Made by a program: the position numbers and the translations under genes
Origin: Monocercomonoides exilis PA203
Taxonomy: Eukaryota; Protista; Preaxostyla
Direction of reading: 5' to 3'
DNA length: 64,000 bases
Assembly: GCA_001643675.2 (NCBI GenBank)
Contig: LSRY02000026.1
Span: 744,001-808,000 of the forward strand
In this document: positions 60,370-64,000 of the stretch, piece after piece
How positions within the stretch are numbered: position 1 is the stretch's first letter
Layout: every line of letters begins with the position of its first letter
Notes under the pieces: generated by a model
The model's database searches: none
What the model was told of the DNA's origin: nothing
What the model saw: only the letters and a program-made list of their open reading frames with translations

Positions 60370-62384
60370 GGTTAGTGTTTTTATTGGCACCATTTTTTTA
60401 TTGGCACCAAATTTTTGAAGTGATAAAATTCAAAAAATACAGACTCAATTTGCAAAAATAAATAAAACTTGGGTCAAATAGTCTTCGAATTTTTCTTTTT
60501 CCTGAACTTTGATCTGCAGAATTGTCTTCTTCGATATTTTCCAAATCATCATGCAAAATTCTTCGATAAACTCTTTTCTTCTTTGACTTTAATGGAAGAG
60601 TATTTTCAATGTTTTCTGTTTCTTCTTCGGCTTCCGAACATTTCGCACTTGTTCGAATAAATATATCTTCTTCCCACTTTTCTAAGAAATCCTCATTTGT
60701 GAGCAGTTTTCCGTAAAAATCAAAACGATTTGAATAAGTGGGCAAAGGAAATGATGAGTGTTTGGGCAATTTACGTAAAACTGGTCCTGACGATTTAAAC
60801 AAAACACCACTTGCATCAAATGCATTCTTAATTACTGATGGTGCGAATGCAGAGTGAAGAGCTTGAGGAAGAATGTCTGCCAAAGCCTTTCTGTTGGAAG
60901 AAGTTGTTGAAGATTGAGGTATTTCTATTGATGAATTTAAAACAGATATCAGAACTGCAAAAACACCTCTATCGAGAGGTTGTGAAATATGTGTTGTGTG
61001 AGGAACAAATGTGATGACATCCACATTCGATTCCATAAGTTTTCTCCAAATAATAGGGTTTGCACGAGAGCTGTGCGAATCAACGAAAAGTAAACATCTC
61101 TCTTCAGTCAATTTCATCCTTTTCTTTCTTTCTAATATTTCTGGAAGAAGAACACGCAAAGAGTATCGTTCGAATAAAGAAAAGTTCATCCAACCGTTCG
61201 TATTGCACCACACATCAAGCGAAGGAGATAGTAAAGGAGTCAACTCTTCCGGAACATTTGAACTTGGCCAAAGAACAATTGAGGGCAAAGAAAATCCATC
61301 TGAGGCAACAGCAGCCACAAGCGTCGCATTTCGAACTCTCGAAGGTGCAGACAATAGGCTGAAGGAGATTCTGAGGATGTCGCAACAAGTTTTTGGCAAT
61401 TATCTGATAATCTCAGTGATGTTTCATCCACATTAAAGATTAGCTCCCTTCAATATTTGAACTTTGAATGTAAATCATCAAGCATTTCGTACCAAGGTTT
61501 CAAAACGTCTTGACAAGATGCTGCAAGACGTTTTGAATCCAAAATTTTTGGCTTTTGCAATTTCAATTCGTGTTGATTACACTAAAAGCAAAAAGTCTCA
61601 AATTTTGAAATTTCTTTTTTTGGTTAAGCATCTTCAATTATCTCTGAATCTTCATCTTCTATCACATTTTCAATCTAAATAGAAACAAATAAATAGATAA
61701 AAAAATATTTCGCAAACCAATTCTTTTGTTTTCTTCACTGTCAGGTTTGTTCCACACTTTGTTTCAATTTTAATTACGTCTGTAACAATATCCTTTTTTT
61801 CCTTGCGCAGCAATGACGGTCTTCCTACTTTGGCAATATCCCTATCACTTTTAACAGCCTTCACTGTATGGATGAGAGTTTTTTTTGAAAATTCACCGAA
61901 GTTGGTTGCATCCACAAGCCTGGCTTTTCCGTCAATTAAAATTCGCGCCATTCTCTCGAGTCTATTTTCATAAATGCGATAGTCAATCGACGCCATTTCT
62001 GCTTGCATTTTTCTTTTTCCTTCTTCAGCTTTTTTTTTGATCATAAAAAAACCAATCAATTTTTTGGGTAATGATCAAAAAAAAAGTCCATTTTAAGCAG
62101 CCAAAAGACATTTCAAGTTTTGATATAGGAAGTTTTTGTTTTAATAAAATTTTGTTTATTCAATTTGTTTTTAAAAAGAATTTGTCATGTTTTTTTCATA
62201 CGATAATTTCACTAACATATTTAACTGTTGCCCCGAAATAAAATAAGCACGTCTGTTCATCCGCTGATGATAAAAACAATTGTTTGTACAAATGATCTTT
62301 GTTTCTTATAGAAAATTATATCTTTCACAAAGAAATAGAAAAAAGGTGCCAATAAAAAAAAAGGTTCCAATAAAAACACTAACC
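60370..62384 (-). mobile_element. Full-length pogo/Fot1-like DD35D transposon with ~40-bp TIRs, TA TSD and an intron-containing disrupted transposase
   Basis: ta|ggttagtgtttttattggcacc ... ggttccaataaaaacactaacc|ta. Motifs GRP, NVDETS, FVDSH, PHTTHISQPLDRGVF. Intron at 61675-61717; frameshifts and stops between 61400 and 61630. Confidence 0.92.
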
Positions 62385-62792
62385 TACATATAAACGTGAA
62401 CAAATATTTTTTGTTCAAATATGAACTTTCTGAATACATGTATAAAAACAAAACAAACAGATTAACTTTTAAAGAAAAAATTTTTGAAAAAAAGATTTTT
62501 TTTTAATCCTTTTGAATACAAATACAAACACACAAATGGATTTCGAAATGAATATTAAATCAAAAAACTGAATTCAAATAAATGAAGATAAATCTAAATA
62601 TTCCATAAGAGAAATGTTTTCCCAAATATCTCAATATCATCATCATCTCTTCTCTTTCAAATGTGTCTCATTACCCCAAAAATGAAACAATCACATGTTG
62701 CACAAGAACTCCAAAACATTTGCCATCTTTTCTTTGAAAACGGTGAAAATGTTTCTTTCGCACCCAGAAATATCTTCTCAACCAAACCCTTT

Positions 62793-64000
62793 TCACACGA
62801 TTATTATCCCCTTCACCATTTCTTTTTCCATTTCATTTCTTGTTTTCTTCTCATCGATTCGCTTTCTTGTTTTTTTCTCTCTTTTCGGTGAATTTCCTGA
62901 AAGTTTCTCTTGTGATCCAGATATTAACCGTGTTTCATCTTCTGTTTTGCTCTTTTCCTCTTCTGTTCCATCCTCATCCTCAATCGCATCTGACATCGTC
63001 AGAATCATCGTTCCAGCTGGAAAGTGCTGAAACAGTTCTCTTTTCAGATCATCCAAAGAAATGCGAATCGAGCGTTGCGATTGCCAGCAGCTCTCCACAA
63101 GCTCTCCAAACCCACTTTCTTCAACAAGAGCTGTCATGTCTGGCCTCTCTCCATTCAAGATCTTATCTCCCGCCACCTCTGCTGGATACTCTCCAAACGG
63201 GATATCCAGTGTCAGACACTCCCACAGCATCATCCCAATCGAAAACACAACTGACTTCTTCGTTGCTCCCATCTTCTTGTTGACCAGCAGCTCTGGTGCC
63301 ATCCACCTCAGACACTCTTTTCTGTTGTATTCATCATCCTCAAACGCTGATGAAGGAAGGGAGTCATCATCATCATCGTCATTGTCACTGGCAGATGTCA
63401 CAACGGTCGATAACGAGATTGAGGATGAATCTGAACTATCATCAGATGAGAAGTCGGAGTGCATCACAATGCAGATCACCATATGCTCTGAAAACAACAC
63501 AATGTGAGGGCTCAGAGTGGAAAGAGAAGATAATCCATTTTCCATCTCATCAAAAGAGTGGAGTGCCCCATTCGCCACCCAGAACAAGATCTGTGCAGCT
63601 GTCTGCTCCCTCTCTTCGAGAGTTCCAATAGCCATCTCCTTTTTCTCATTCCTTCCATGCAACAACATGAATAGTGAATCCCTCAGATCCACAATGAGCT
63701 TCTCATGAGGAGAAGAGCAGGCCATTGCATTCACGAGATTTGACATCGATGAGGTTGTTGGGCACAAATCTTCCCTTCGAACAAATGTTGAATCTGAATC
63801 TGTTGTTGAAATGGTGGAAGTGGATGAAATGGATGGTGAAGGTGTTCTCTTCCTTATCTCTTCTTCTTCCTCTTCTTTCTCATCCACTTTCTCCAGCATC
63901 CACTCAGGGATCTTGTCTGAATCCCTTCCTAAAATATATTCAGTTGAGCCACTTTCAGAGAGAAGATGCTCAGATGACTCCGAATGCCCCAAGCTTTTCT
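62793..64000 (-). CDS. 3' end of a large gene with a degenerate (pseudo)kinase C-lobe
   Basis: Motifs RWMAPEL, SVVFSIGMMLWECLT..PF, GERP and CW....R; no HRD or DFG. The ORF runs off the right edge. Confidence 0.8.
   Translation of the reverse strand, partial: KSLGHSESSEHLLSESGSTEYILGRDSDKIPEWMLEKVDEKEEEEEEIRKRTPSPSISSTSTISTTDSDSTFVRREDLCPTTSSMSNLVNAMACSSPHEKLIVDLRDSLFMLLHGRNEKKEMAIGTLEEREQTAAQILFWVANGALHSFDEMENGLSSLSTLSPHIVLFSEHMVICIVMHSDFSSDDSSDSSSISLSTVVTSASDNDDDDDDSLPSSAFEDDEYNRKECLRWMAPELLVNKKMGATKKSVVFSIGMMLWECLTLDIPFGEYPAEVAGDKILNGERPDMTALVEESGFGELVESCWQSQRSIRISLDDLKRELFQHFPAGTMILTMSDAIEDEDGTEEEKSKTEDETRLISGSQEKLSGNSPKREKKTRKRIDEKKTRNEMEKEMVKGIIIV

Overview
AT-rich eukaryotic genomic DNA with short GT-AG spliceosomal introns (mostly GTTTG donors). 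The gene families resemble those of the oxymonad Monocercomonoides; this is an inference from recall, not a search result. The left two-thirds is a transposon-rich, pseudogene-rich accessory region. It holds four spliced paralogs of a lineage-specific helical protein family, a three-repeat type I membrane beta-helix protein, and fragments of a beta-helix gene family. Mobile elements include two DIRS tyrosine-recombinase retroelements with ITR+ICR architecture, a Tc1 DD34E transposase, two intron-containing pogo-like DD35D transposase pseudogenes and several MITEs. The right part carries housekeeping-type genes (Iwr1-like, STI1/HOP with a large insertion, a low-complexity gene) and the 3' end of a pseudokinase-tail gene. 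The most striking structure is a 10.7-kb element (6957-17669) with ~396-bp apparently identical TIRs, GGG termini and a 4-bp TSD. It encodes no transposase, carries host gene fragments, and has a non-autonomous DIRS inserted cleanly inside its right TIR. A 257-bp MITE with related termini and its own 4-bp TSD lies next to it.
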